Below the pieces are notes generated by a model. The model worked only from the letters and a program-made list of their open reading frames with translations. It made no database searches and was not told where the DNA came from. Of a DNA stretch of 64,000 nt, positions 56,231-64,000 are shown one piece after another (position 1 is the stretch's first letter; every line of letters starts with the position of its first letter). The position numbers were made by a program, and so were the translations under genes. The stretch is from Hyphomicrobiaceae bacterium (GTDB lineage: Bacteria; Pseudomonadota; Alphaproteobacteria; Rhizobiales; Hyphomicrobiaceae): contig JAHDXT010000007.1 in the NCBI GenBank assembly GCA_023384095.1, positions 26,676 through 90,675 of the forward strand, read 5' to 3'.

Positions 56231-56680
56231 ATGAATTACCAGGATCGAAGCGGGACCATCAATGGCCTGAGAACCCTCAAGCGCCGGTCGGCAAAGACAG
56301 TCCTCATCGTGGAGGACAATGAGCTCAACATGAAGCTCTTTCACGACCTGCTCGACGCGCACGGCTATGCGACGCTGCAGACCCGCCACGGCATGGAAGC
56401 GCTGGAGCTCGCACGCAAGCACCACCCCGACTTGATCGTCATGGACATCCAGCTCCCGGAGATATCCGGTCTGGAGGTCACGAAGTGGCTCAAGGACGAC
56501 GACGAGCTGCGCGACATCCCGGTGATCGCCGTTACTGCGTATGCGATGAAAGGCGACGAGGAGCGCATCCGCGAGGGCGGCTGTGAAGCCTATATCTCCA
56601 AGCCCATTTCCGTGAACGGCTTCATCGACACGATCCGCCGGTTCATAGGGGATTCGCGCCTGCCGAAGAGCCCTGCGTAA
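56231..56680 (+). CDS. divK: Single-domain response regulator DivK
   Basis: [20 protein letters not shown]...[17 protein letters not shown]...[15 protein letters not shown]...[10 protein letters not shown]. Immediately upstream of pleD. Start uncertain. Confidence 0.85.
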   Translation: MNYQDRSGTINGLRTLKRRSAKTVLIVEDNELNMKLFHDLLDAHGYATLQTRHGMEALELARKHHPDLIVMDIQLPEISGLEVTKWLKDDDELRDIPVIAVTAYAMKGDEERIREGGCEAYISKPISVNGFIDTIRRFIGDSRLPKSPA

Positions 56681-56688
56681 GGTAAGCC

Positions 56689-58059
56689 ATGACTGCGCGC
56701 GTGCTGGTGGTCGACGACATCCAGGCCAACGTCAAGCTGCTCGAGGCTAGACTGTCGGCGGAATATTTCGGGGTTCTGACCGCCTGCTCCGGTGCGGAAG
56801 GGCTCGATATCTGCAGCCGCGAGCGCGTCGATGTCGTCCTCCTCGACGTGATGATGCCCGGTATGGACGGATTCGAGGTCTGCCGGCGGCTCAAGGCGAA
56901 TCCCGCGACCCAGCACATCCCGGTCGTCATGGTGACGGCGCTCGACCAGACCTCCGACAAGGTCCAGGGCCTCGAGGCCGGCGCAGACGACTTCCTGACC
57001 AAGCCCGTCGACGACGTCGCCCTCATCACCCGGGTCCGCAACCTCGGGCGACTCAAGATGCTCAATGACGAAATTCTGCTTCGCGCCGAGACGGGTCAGC
57101 GCCTGGGGCTCGCGCCCGGCGAAGCGCTCGCCGATCCGATCGGAAGCGAGAAGGGCCGCATTCTGCTCGTCGACGACGATCCGCGCTCGGCTGCCCGCAT
57201 CGCCGGGATGCTGGCCGGACTGCATGAGACCGTCGTCGAAGGCGACCTGCAGACCGCTCTCATGACGGCGGCCGAACAGCCCTTCGACCTGCTGATCGTC
57301 AGCCTCAGCCTGGCCGGCGCCGACGGCCTGCGGCTGTGCAGCCAGGTCCGCTCCCTCGACCGGACACGGCATCTGGGGATCGTCATGCTGGTCGAGCCCG
57401 CGGACGAGGGCCGTCTGCTGCGCGGACTGGATCTTGGCGCCAACGACTACCTGATGCGTCCGATCGACCGGCACGAGATGCTGGCTCGCGTGCGGACCCA
57501 GATCAGGCGCAAGCGGCACTCGGAGCTCCTGCGGTCCCGTCTGACGGAAAGTGTCGAGCTGTCCATCCGGGATGCGCTCACCGGCCTCTTCAACCGGCGC
57601 TATATGGAGAGCCATTTGAAGACGCTGGTCGACGAGGCTGCTGCGACCGGGCGGCCACTGTCGATCCTGGTCGCCGACATCGATCTGTTCAAGCAGATCA
57701 ACGACACCCACGGCCACGCGTCCGGCGATGCGGTGCTGAAAGAGTTCGCGGCTCGGGTCCGCCGCAGTACGCGGGGCGCCGATCTGGCCTGCCGTCTGGG
57801 AGGCGAGGAGTTCGTCGTCGTCATGCCGGACACCGAGGTCGGGCGCGCGTGCCAGATCGGCGAGCGGCTGCGGGCCGCCATCGCAGCGGACCCGTTCCAG
57901 CTCGATGCAGGCGGCAGCGTCCGGATGACCGCGAGCTTCGGCGCGGCGGCTGTCGAGTCGGCGGACGATTCACCGGCGGCGCTGTTCAGGCGCGCCGATC
58001 GCGCGCTCTACTCGGCCAAGCGAGCGGGCCGCAACAGGGTCGCCGTCGGCGCGGCCTGA
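56689..58059 (+). CDS. pleD: Response regulator diguanylate cyclase PleD (REC-REC-GGDEF)
   Basis: Two receiver domains (VLVVDD...LLDVMMPGMDG; ILLVDDD...) and a GGDEF domain with an RxxD I-site-like motif and GGEEF. Confidence 0.9.
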   Translation: MTARVLVVDDIQANVKLLEARLSAEYFGVLTACSGAEGLDICSRERVDVVLLDVMMPGMDGFEVCRRLKANPATQHIPVVMVTALDQTSDKVQGLEAGADDFLTKPVDDVALITRVRNLGRLKMLNDEILLRAETGQRLGLAPGEALADPIGSEKGRILLVDDDPRSAARIAGMLAGLHETVVEGDLQTALMTAAEQPFDLLIVSLSLAGADGLRLCSQVRSLDRTRHLGIVMLVEPADEGRLLRGLDLGANDYLMRPIDRHEMLARVRTQIRRKRHSELLRSRLTESVELSIRDALTGLFNRRYMESHLKTLVDEAAATGRPLSILVADIDLFKQINDTHGHASGDAVLKEFAARVRRSTRGADLACRLGGEEFVVVMPDTEVGRACQIGERLRAAIAADPFQLDAGGSVRMTASFGAAAVESADDSPAALFRRADRALYSAKRAGRNRVAVGAA

Positions 58060-58182
58060 AGGCGCTGAAAACCCCCTTCGACACATGGGCGTCGTGGCTC
58101 GCAAAAGACGAGCGGATTCGTCGAATTCGCGCTGTGGTTGTGGCCGGTTCTTCACTCGTCCGACCACCTTGTTGACGATGCT

Positions 58183-58225
58183 CGCGAATCGCGAATCGCG
58201 CGGCTTGCAAAGCCGATTGCGATCT
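58183..58225 (+). terminator. Hairpin containing tandem CGCGAAT heptamers downstream of pleD
   Basis: CGCGAAT CGCGAAT CGCG, then CGGCTT-GCA-AAGCCG, then ATTGCGATC. The inner 6-bp stem is extended by ATCGC/GCGAT pairing. Confidence 0.4.
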
Positions 58226-58692
58226 GTCAAGATTATACGTGGGATAATTTGCGACAGTTTGGCTCGGGCGGTTTGAACCTCGAAGTACGCGTATCAGAAG
58301 TCGCCCATGAGCAGCGAGGTGTCTGCTGCGTATCAGGTCCGCCGCATCTCCTGAACGCACGGACATAGATCGGCCTGCAGCTGGAGTTGGCCTCCTCGAA
58401 TGGCTGCAAACGGCCGATCTCACCAGGCGGGGAGCCAACGCCCTCTTTGGCGAACCACTTGGTTATCAGGTCAGGGACTGCGACGAGCTCGGACTTTTAC
58501 CCCGCTGCCGAGAAGCGTTGCGGGCCCTGACCGAGGCCCCTCCCGCCGGATGCCGCTCGACCGAGAAGCCGATGGCCCGCAGACATCCGTTCCCGCCGCG
58601 CTCGGCAGGCGGTCTCGGCAATCGAAATCATTTCGCTGATCGGCGGATGGGCGTCATCGTTTCGACCGGCGCACGCGGCCGGTCATGCCGGA

Positions 58693-58860
58693 TCACTTGA
58701 TCTTGGTTTCCTTGAACTCGACGTGCTTGCGCGCGACGGGATCGTACTTCCTGAAGCTCAGCTTCTCGGTGCTGGTCCGCGGGTTCTTCTTGGTCACGTA
58801 GAAGAAGCCGGTTCCGGCGGTCGAGAGCAGCTTGATTTTCTGTGTGATCGGCTTTGCCAT
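58693..58860 (-). CDS. rpmG: 50S ribosomal protein L33
   Basis: Not in the ORF track (55 aa). Hand translation gives [55 protein letters not shown]. Confidence 0.93.
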   Translation of the reverse strand: MAKPITQKIKLLSTAGTGFFYVTKKNPRTSTEKLSFRKYDPVARKHVEFKETKIK

Positions 58861-58883
58861 GACGTCCTGCGGTCCTCAACGCA

Positions 58884-59690
58884 TCACGCGCGTTCGATGG
58901 AGGAGGGGCGCACCATACCTCGGCCGCCCGACGAGTCAAGCTTGGCCGGCGTCTCGGCCACGCTCAACAGCTCGCGCCGGAAAGTCCCTTTCCGGTGATG
59001 ATAGTAGGGGACCGGGATAGGTCCCGTGCCACGCTGCGCCGCCTTCAGGTGGTCCGTCAGGTCCTCCAGAACGACGCGGGTGATGGCGGGGAGATCGAGG
59101 CTGCGCGCCTCGTCGATGGTGAGCCAGTGGAGCCCCGAAAGCTCGCCGTCACTGGTCTCGATGCGGTGACCGATCTCGTCGGCCGTGACGCAGAAGAAGC
59201 GGGTGTCATAACGGCGCGGCCGGCCAGGGGGCGTAATGGCGCGCGCGAACAGCGACAGCGCACCCAGCTTTGGCCGATAGCCGCAGGCGAAGAAATCGCT
59301 CCATCCCGGCACATCGATGGGCGTTGCCGGCCCCTGCGCAGGCGCGCCGATCAGCAGGCCCGCCTCCTCGAACGTCTCCCGGATCGCCGCCAGCCCCAGC
59401 GCGCGCGCCCGCGTCGGGCTCGGGCCGCCCTTCATGTCGATCAGCAGCTTGGCGATCTCCGCCGGCCTGAGCTCGTCGGCGCTTTCCACGCTCCGGTCGC
59501 TGGCATCGACTCCGCCGCCCGGAAAGACGTATTTTCCGGGCAGGAACACCTGATCCATCCGTCGACGGCCCATCAGCACGCGCGGCGCCCCGGCGGCGCG
59601 ATCTACGATGATGAGGGTAGCCGCGTCGCGCGGACGCATCGTTCTGGCCTTGGCGGGGTCGCCCTCGGAGCGTGGCTTGCTGGTGGTCAT
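58884..59690 (-). CDS. NUDIX hydrolase
   Basis: Nudix box GLAAIRETFEEAGLL. ATG 59690 (MTTSKPRS) is in frame inside ORF 58884..60089. Confidence 0.8.
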   Translation of the reverse strand: MTTSKPRSEGDPAKARTMRPRDAATLIIVDRAAGAPRVLMGRRRMDQVFLPGKYVFPGGGVDASDRSVESADELRPAEIAKLLIDMKGGPSPTRARALGLAAIRETFEEAGLLIGAPAQGPATPIDVPGWSDFFACGYRPKLGALSLFARAITPPGRPRRYDTRFFCVTADEIGHRIETSDGELSGLHWLTIDEARSLDLPAITRVVLEDLTDHLKAAQRGTGPIPVPYYHHRKGTFRRELLSVAETPAKLDSSGGRGMVRPSSIERA

Positions 59691-59692
59691 CG

Positions 59693-60208
59693 CTAGATGC
59701 TGGCCGATCGTGACTGGGGTTGTGACTGGGGTTGCCGCGAAGGGGTCGGGTCGCAGACGTCGTCGTCCGGCTCGCCGTGAGATCCGAACCCGTGCATCTC
59801 GTTGGCCCACTGCAGCCCGACGAGGCAGCCCTTGATGCTCGGCAGCAGGGCGAGCGAAAGCACCACGGTCAAGGGCAGCCAGATCGCTAGGTGCAGCCAC
59901 TCCGGCGGCGCAGCCGCCCGCTCCAGCATGAGGACGCCAGCGATGACGACGTGCCCGACGATGAAGATCGTGAAGTAGGGCGGCGCGTCGTCGGCCCGGT
60001 GGTGGTGCAGCGGCTCGCTGCAGACCGGGCAAGCTTCGGCCACTTTCAGGAACGCCCGGAACAGGCGTCCGCTGCCGCAGGCGGGGCACCTCAGCCTGGC
60101 GCCGCGCAGAAGCGCGCCGGGCAGCGACCGCTGTCGCGGAGGATCGACGGCCGCGGCATTTCCAGGGCCCATCTGTCGGTCGATCGGTTTCATGTCTGCA
60201 TAGGTCAT
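59693..60208 (-). CDS. DUF983-type zinc-ribbon membrane protein
   Basis: CPACGSGRLF...CPVCSE followed by two hydrophobic helices. Lies 2 nt upstream of the NUDIX gene. Confidence 0.7.
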   Translation of the reverse strand: MTYADMKPIDRQMGPGNAAAVDPPRQRSLPGALLRGARLRCPACGSGRLFRAFLKVAEACPVCSEPLHHHRADDAPPYFTIFIVGHVVIAGVLMLERAAAPPEWLHLAIWLPLTVVLSLALLPSIKGCLVGLQWANEMHGFGSHGEPDDDVCDPTPSRQPQSQPQSRSASI

Positions 60209-60271
60209 CCCAATGCCGGGTCCGTCAAGTCGGCGCGACGCCGCTCGGAACAGCCATGCTTCCGGCGCACG

Positions 60272-62548
60272 TCAGCCGGCGCGCCGCCTGCCGCGCACCG
60301 TCCGCCTGCCGCGCCAGCCCTTGTCGAGCGAAACGTGGCCGCGCTTGCCTTTGGACAGCATCTCGAAACGCAGTGCGCCCGCGGTCGGGATCGCCTCGAC
60401 GAGACGCACCAGCACGTGGTCTCCCAGTCGGAAGGCTTCACCGCTGCGGCTGCCGACGAGGGCATGCGCCGCCTCGACGTGATGATAGAAGTCGCCGATC
60501 ATCGACGAGGCGGGAACGAACCCGTCGGCGCCGGTGTCCTTGAGGCGGACGAACAGTCCGGAGCGCGTCACCCCCGAGATGCGGCCCTGGAACTCGGCGC
60601 CGACGCGGTCGGCGAGATGGGCCGCGATCAGCCGGTCGATGGTCTCGCGCTCCGCCGCCATGGCCCGGCGCTCGGCCTCGGAGATCGACCTGGCGACATC
60701 GGCGAGCTGCGGCACCTCCTCGTCCGTCAGGCCGCCGGGGCCGAAGCGCAGCGCGCGCACCAGCGCGCGATGCACGACGAGGTCCGCATAGCGGCGGATC
60801 GGGGATGTGAAGTGCGCGTAGCGGCGCAGGTTGAGCCCGAAATGGCCGTAGTTCTCGGTCGTGTACTCGGCCTGCGCCTGGGAGCGCAACACGACCTCGT
60901 TGACGAGATCGGCGGTCGGCAGCGATTTGGCCTGCGCCAGGACTCGGTTGAAGTGCGCCGGCTTCAGCTCGCCGGCCGGCAGCCTGAGCTGCAGGCTGTC
61001 GAGGAAGTCGCGCAGTGCGGTCAGCTTCTCCTTCGAGGGCTGGCCGTGCGCGCGGTAGACGAGGGCCGTCCGCCGCTGCTCGAGGGTCTCGGCCGCGGCG
61101 ACGTTGGCCTGGATCATGAATTCCTCGATGAGCCGGTGCGCCTCGAGCCGCTCCGGCACGACGATGCGGTCGACGCGGCCCTGGCTGTCGAGGACGATCT
61201 TGCGCTCGGGCAGGTCGAGGTCCAGCGGCTCGCGCCGGGCCCGCGCCGTGACCAGCGCGCGATAGGCCGCCCAAAGCGGCTCCAGCGCGGTACCCATCAG
61301 AGGTCGGCACTTCTCTGACGGCGTGCCGTCGAAAGCCGACTGCGCCTCCTCGTAGCTGAGCTTGGCGGCCGAGCGCATCGTCGCGCGCTCGAACCTGTGG
61401 CTCAGCTTCTCGCCGCGCCGGTCGAGCACCATGCGGACGGCGAGACACGGCCGTTCCTGGTGCTCCCTCAGCGAGCAGAGGTCGTTCGAGATGCGCTCGG
61501 GCAGCATCGGCACGACGCGGTCGGGGAAGTAGACCGAGTTGCCGCGGATCTGCGCCTCGCGGTCGAGGCGCGTCCCCGGCCGCACGTAATGTGCGACGTC
61601 CGCGATCGCCACCGTCACGATGAAGCCGCCGCGGTTGCTCGGGTCGGGATCGGGCTCGGCGTGCACCGCGTCGTCGTGGTCGCGGGCGTCCGCCGGATCG
61701 ATGGTGACGAGCGGCAGATGACGCAGGTCGGACCGGTTCGCGGCCCGTGGCGGCTCGAGCCGCTCCAGCTCGGCGAGCACGCCCTCGGGGAAATCGTCGG
61801 GGATGCCGTGCGCGTGCACCGCGATGAGGCTGATCCGGCGCTGGTCCTGCGGGTTGCCGAGCGTCTCGATGACGCGCGCCTGCGGCACGCCGTAACGATG
61901 CTCGCGCGGCAAGTCGAAGCGCACGAGGTCGCCGTCCCTGGCCTCCCCCGTGTCGGTCGGCGCGACCGGCCAGTCCCTCAGCTCCTTGCGGTCGACCGGG
62001 GCGATCAGGCCGCCGCCACGCTTCTTATCCGCACGGAAGATGCCGAGCAGCCGGCGCTTCTCGCGCGGCAGCTTCTTGATCGGCTCGCCCTCGAGCTCGA
62101 ATCCCTGGACGTCGCGCTCGTCGAGCCGTCTCACGCGCGCCAGAACCCGGTCGCCGATGGCGAGCGCCAGCTCGCCGACGTCTGCGAAACGGCGGCTCTT
62201 GACGAGCATGATTTTCGGGCGGGCGCCCTCGGCATGGTCCCAGACAACGGGCTCGGCGACGAGATCGCCGTCCTCGTCGCGACCCACCACCTCCACCACC
62301 GACACCGGAGGCACGGCGCCCTTGGCGCGCACCTCATTGCGGCGCCCGGCGAGCGCCCCTTCATCGGTCATCTCGGACAGCAGGCGCTTCAGCTCGATGC
62401 GGTCGCTGCCTTTGACGCCGAAGGCGCGGGCGATCTCGCGCTTGCCGACCTTCTCCTGCGCGCCTTCGACGAATTTCAGGATCTCGGCTTTCGTCGGTAG
62501 CCCGCCGTCGCGCTTGACTTCGCCCTGTGCTGAGCGCTTGCGGGCCAC
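60272..62548 (-). CDS. rnr: Ribonuclease R
   Basis: Cold-shock-like N-domains, an RNB catalytic domain (IDPADARDHDDAVHAE), a C-terminal S1 domain and a basic tail. GTG 62548 is proposed as the start because codons 1-24 of the ORF-track model translate the octamer repeat array. Confidence 0.9.
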   Translation of the reverse strand: MARKRSAQGEVKRDGGLPTKAEILKFVEGAQEKVGKREIARAFGVKGSDRIELKRLLSEMTDEGALAGRRNEVRAKGAVPPVSVVEVVGRDEDGDLVAEPVVWDHAEGARPKIMLVKSRRFADVGELALAIGDRVLARVRRLDERDVQGFELEGEPIKKLPREKRRLLGIFRADKKRGGGLIAPVDRKELRDWPVAPTDTGEARDGDLVRFDLPREHRYGVPQARVIETLGNPQDQRRISLIAVHAHGIPDDFPEGVLAELERLEPPRAANRSDLRHLPLVTIDPADARDHDDAVHAEPDPDPSNRGGFIVTVAIADVAHYVRPGTRLDREAQIRGNSVYFPDRVVPMLPERISNDLCSLREHQERPCLAVRMVLDRRGEKLSHRFERATMRSAAKLSYEEAQSAFDGTPSEKCRPLMGTALEPLWAAYRALVTARARREPLDLDLPERKIVLDSQGRVDRIVVPERLEAHRLIEEFMIQANVAAAETLEQRRTALVYRAHGQPSKEKLTALRDFLDSLQLRLPAGELKPAHFNRVLAQAKSLPTADLVNEVVLRSQAQAEYTTENYGHFGLNLRRYAHFTSPIRRYADLVVHRALVRALRFGPGGLTDEEVPQLADVARSISEAERRAMAAERETIDRLIAAHLADRVGAEFQGRISGVTRSGLFVRLKDTGADGFVPASSMIGDFYHHVEAAHALVGSRSGEAFRLGDHVLVRLVEAIPTAGALRFEMLSKGKRGHVSLDKGWRGRRTVRGRRRAG

Positions 62549-62569
62549 GGGGTCAGGACCTTGGAGAGA

Positions 62570-62612
62570 CGTGAAGTCGTGAAGTCGTGAGGTCGTGAGG
62601 TCGTGAGAGGTC
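62570..62612 (+). repeat. Tandem octamer array (5 units of CGTGARGT)
   Basis: CGTGAAGT CGTGAAGT CGTGAGGT CGTGAGGT CGTGAGAGGT CG. Confidence 0.9.
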
Positions 62613-62644
62613 GCCCGCATTCGCCACCGATCGTGCGCCCCCTT

Positions 62645-62736
62645 CCGTCATGGCCGCGGGGAAGGCGGCCATCCACGCAACTCTCCGCGCTCGAACTGAT
62701 ACGTGTCCTGGATTCCCGCCTCCGCGGGAATGACGG
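62645..62736. repeat. Nested-hairpin intergenic repeat, copy 3
   Basis: Same arms as copies 1 and 2. Left hairpin loop variant GGGGAA. Confidence 0.85.
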
Positions 62737-62763
62737 TGTGGGGAGGGGTGACGACCCCAGCTT

Positions 62764-62798
62764 ACGATTTCACGATTTGGCGATCTCACGATCTCACG
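62764..62798 (+). repeat. Inverted tandem octamer array (ACGATTTC ACGATTTGG CGATCTC ACGATCTC ACG)
   Basis: Reverse-complement orientation relative to 62570-62612. Together the two arrays bracket repeat copy 3. Confidence 0.9.
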
Positions 62799-62802
62799 TC
62801 CT

Positions 62803-64000
62803 TCATTCCGCTGCGGGCTCGGGCTGCCCGGTCTTTGCGCGGGACTTGGCGGGCTTCTTCAGGGGGCCGCGCTTCGCGGTGCCGTTCGCAGCCGGGGCTG
62901 CCTTCTTCGCTGGGCTCTTTGCCGGGGCCTTCTTCGGCTTGCCGCGCTTGCCGCCGCCCTGGGCGGCGCGGGCGGCCAGCAGCTCGACTGCTTCCGCGAG
63001 CGTCAGCGCCGCCGGGTCCCTGCCCTTGGGCAGCGTCGCGTTGACGGAGCCGTGCTTGACGTAGGGTCCATAGCGGCCCGAAAGCACCTCGACCTTGCCG
63101 CCTTCGGTATGCTCGCCCAGGTCCTTCAGGACCTGCGCCTTGGGCCGCGACCACTTTCCCTTGCCGCCGGCCGCCTTCTCGGCCAGCACGGCGACGGCCC
63201 GGTTGATGCCGATCGTGAACACGTCCTCGAGGCTTTCGAGGTTGGCGTAGGTGCCCTCGTGCAGCACGAACGGCCCGTAGCGGCCGATGCCGGCAGTGAT
63301 GGGCTGGCCGGTCTCCGGGTGCAGGCCGATCTCGCGCGGCAGCGCCAGGAGTTGCAGGGCGCGTTCGAGGTCGAGGGTCGCCGCGTCGATGCCCTTGGGC
63401 ACGGACGCGCGCTTCGGCTTCTCGTCGTCGGCAGGCTCCCCGAGCTGAACGTAGGGGCCGAAGCGGCCCGTTCGCAGCGTCACGGCCAGGCCCGTTTCGG
63501 GATCGTAGCCGAGCAGCTTGCCCTCGGGGGCTGCGGCCTCCGCATCGGCTCCCTGCGGCTCGGTGAACTGGCGCGTGAAGCGGCACTCCGGATAGTTGGA
63601 GCAGCCGATGAAGGCGCCGAACCTCCCGACCTTGAGGCTCAGCCGGCCGGCGCCGCATGACGGGCAGCCACGCGGATCGCCGCCATCCTCCTTGGGCGGG
63701 AAGATGTGCGGCCCCAGGATCTCGTTGAGCGCGTCCAGCACCTCGCTGACGCGGAGGTCCTTGATGTCGTCGACCGCGCCCGTGAAATCGCGCCAGAAAT
63801 CACGCAGCACGTCCTTCCACTCGAGCTTGCCGTCCGAGATGAGGTCCAGCTTCTCTTCCAGATCGGCCGTGAAGTCGAACTCGACATAGCGCCGGAAGAA
63901 GCTCTCCAGGAAGGCGATGACGAGCCGGCCCTTGTCCTCGGGGATGAGCCGCTTGCGGTCCATTCTGACGTATTCGCGCTCGACGAGCACGGCGAGCGTG
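62803..64000 (-). CDS. topA: DNA topoisomerase I, C-terminal part (5' end outside window)
   Basis: Zinc-ribbon repeats CPSCGAGRLSLKVGRFGAFIGCSNYPEC and a Lys/Ala-rich basic tail. The ORF is open to the window edge. Confidence 0.9.
   Translation of the reverse strand, partial: TLAVLVEREYVRMDRKRLIPEDKGRLVIAFLESFFRRYVEFDFTADLEEKLDLISDGKLEWKDVLRDFWRDFTGAVDDIKDLRVSEVLDALNEILGPHIFPPKEDGGDPRGCPSCGAGRLSLKVGRFGAFIGCSNYPECRFTRQFTEPQGADAEAAAPEGKLLGYDPETGLAVTLRTGRFGPYVQLGEPADDEKPKRASVPKGIDAATLDLERALQLLALPREIGLHPETGQPITAGIGRYGPFVLHEGTYANLESLEDVFTIGINRAVAVLAEKAAGGKGKWSRPKAQVLKDLGEHTEGGKVEVLSGRYGPYVKHGSVNATLPKGRDPAALTLAEAVELLAARAAQGGGKRGKPKKAPAKSPAKKAAPAANGTAKRGPLKKPAKSRAKTGQPEPAAE

Noticed and set aside
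62549-62620. N-terminal 24 codons of the ORF-track rnr model (MRATSHDLTTSRLHDFTSLQGPDP).
   Set aside because: These codons are the translation of the tandem octamer array. GTG at 62548 gives an N-terminus that starts directly before the conserved RNase R region.

Overview
High-GC chromosomal window from an alphaproteobacterium. The synteny looks like Hyphomicrobiales/Rhizobiales: divK-pleD, eipB, clpS-clpA, and topA-rnr-DUF983-NUDIX-rpmG. I support about 59 protein genes, including rpmG, which is too short for the ORF track, plus one tRNA-Lys(CUU). Most long ORFs on the opposite strand of these genes are high-GC shadow ORFs. The housekeeping part holds leuA, mreB, catalase/oxyR, parE, panC, putA, clpSA, pleD/divK, rnr and topA. 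The left 27 kb is accessory-like and contains:
- a corrinoid methyltransferase module whose corrinoid-protein gene abuts a NarI-like membrane protein gene;
- a homocysteine methyltransferase-MFS pair;
- an aioBA arsenite oxidase joined by ATGA stop/start overlaps to a secreted pentapeptide-repeat protein and a GlpF-type channel, with a MetF-like gene 17 nt upstream;
- an 8-kb LysR-controlled operon with two paralogous CoA ligases, a TRAP transporter and thiolase/DUF35;
- an orphan MT-A70 methyltransferase next to the tRNA.

Non-coding signals read directly from the sequence:
- a two-hairpin ACGA-loop guanidine-II (mini-ykkC) riboswitch in front of sugE;
- a candidate small RNA or attenuator directly upstream of fpr;
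- a Leu-rich leader ORF upstream of leuA;
- a 90-bp nested-hairpin repeat family with three same-orientation copies;
- unusual tandem octamer (CGTGARNT) and heptamer (GCGAATM) arrays that build inverted-repeat structures in gene 3' regions.

The two best candidates for undescribed biology are the aioBA-pentapeptide-aquaglyceroporin unit and the corrinoid protein/membrane cytochrome-b-like pair. Both remain hypotheses that need comparative and experimental checks.
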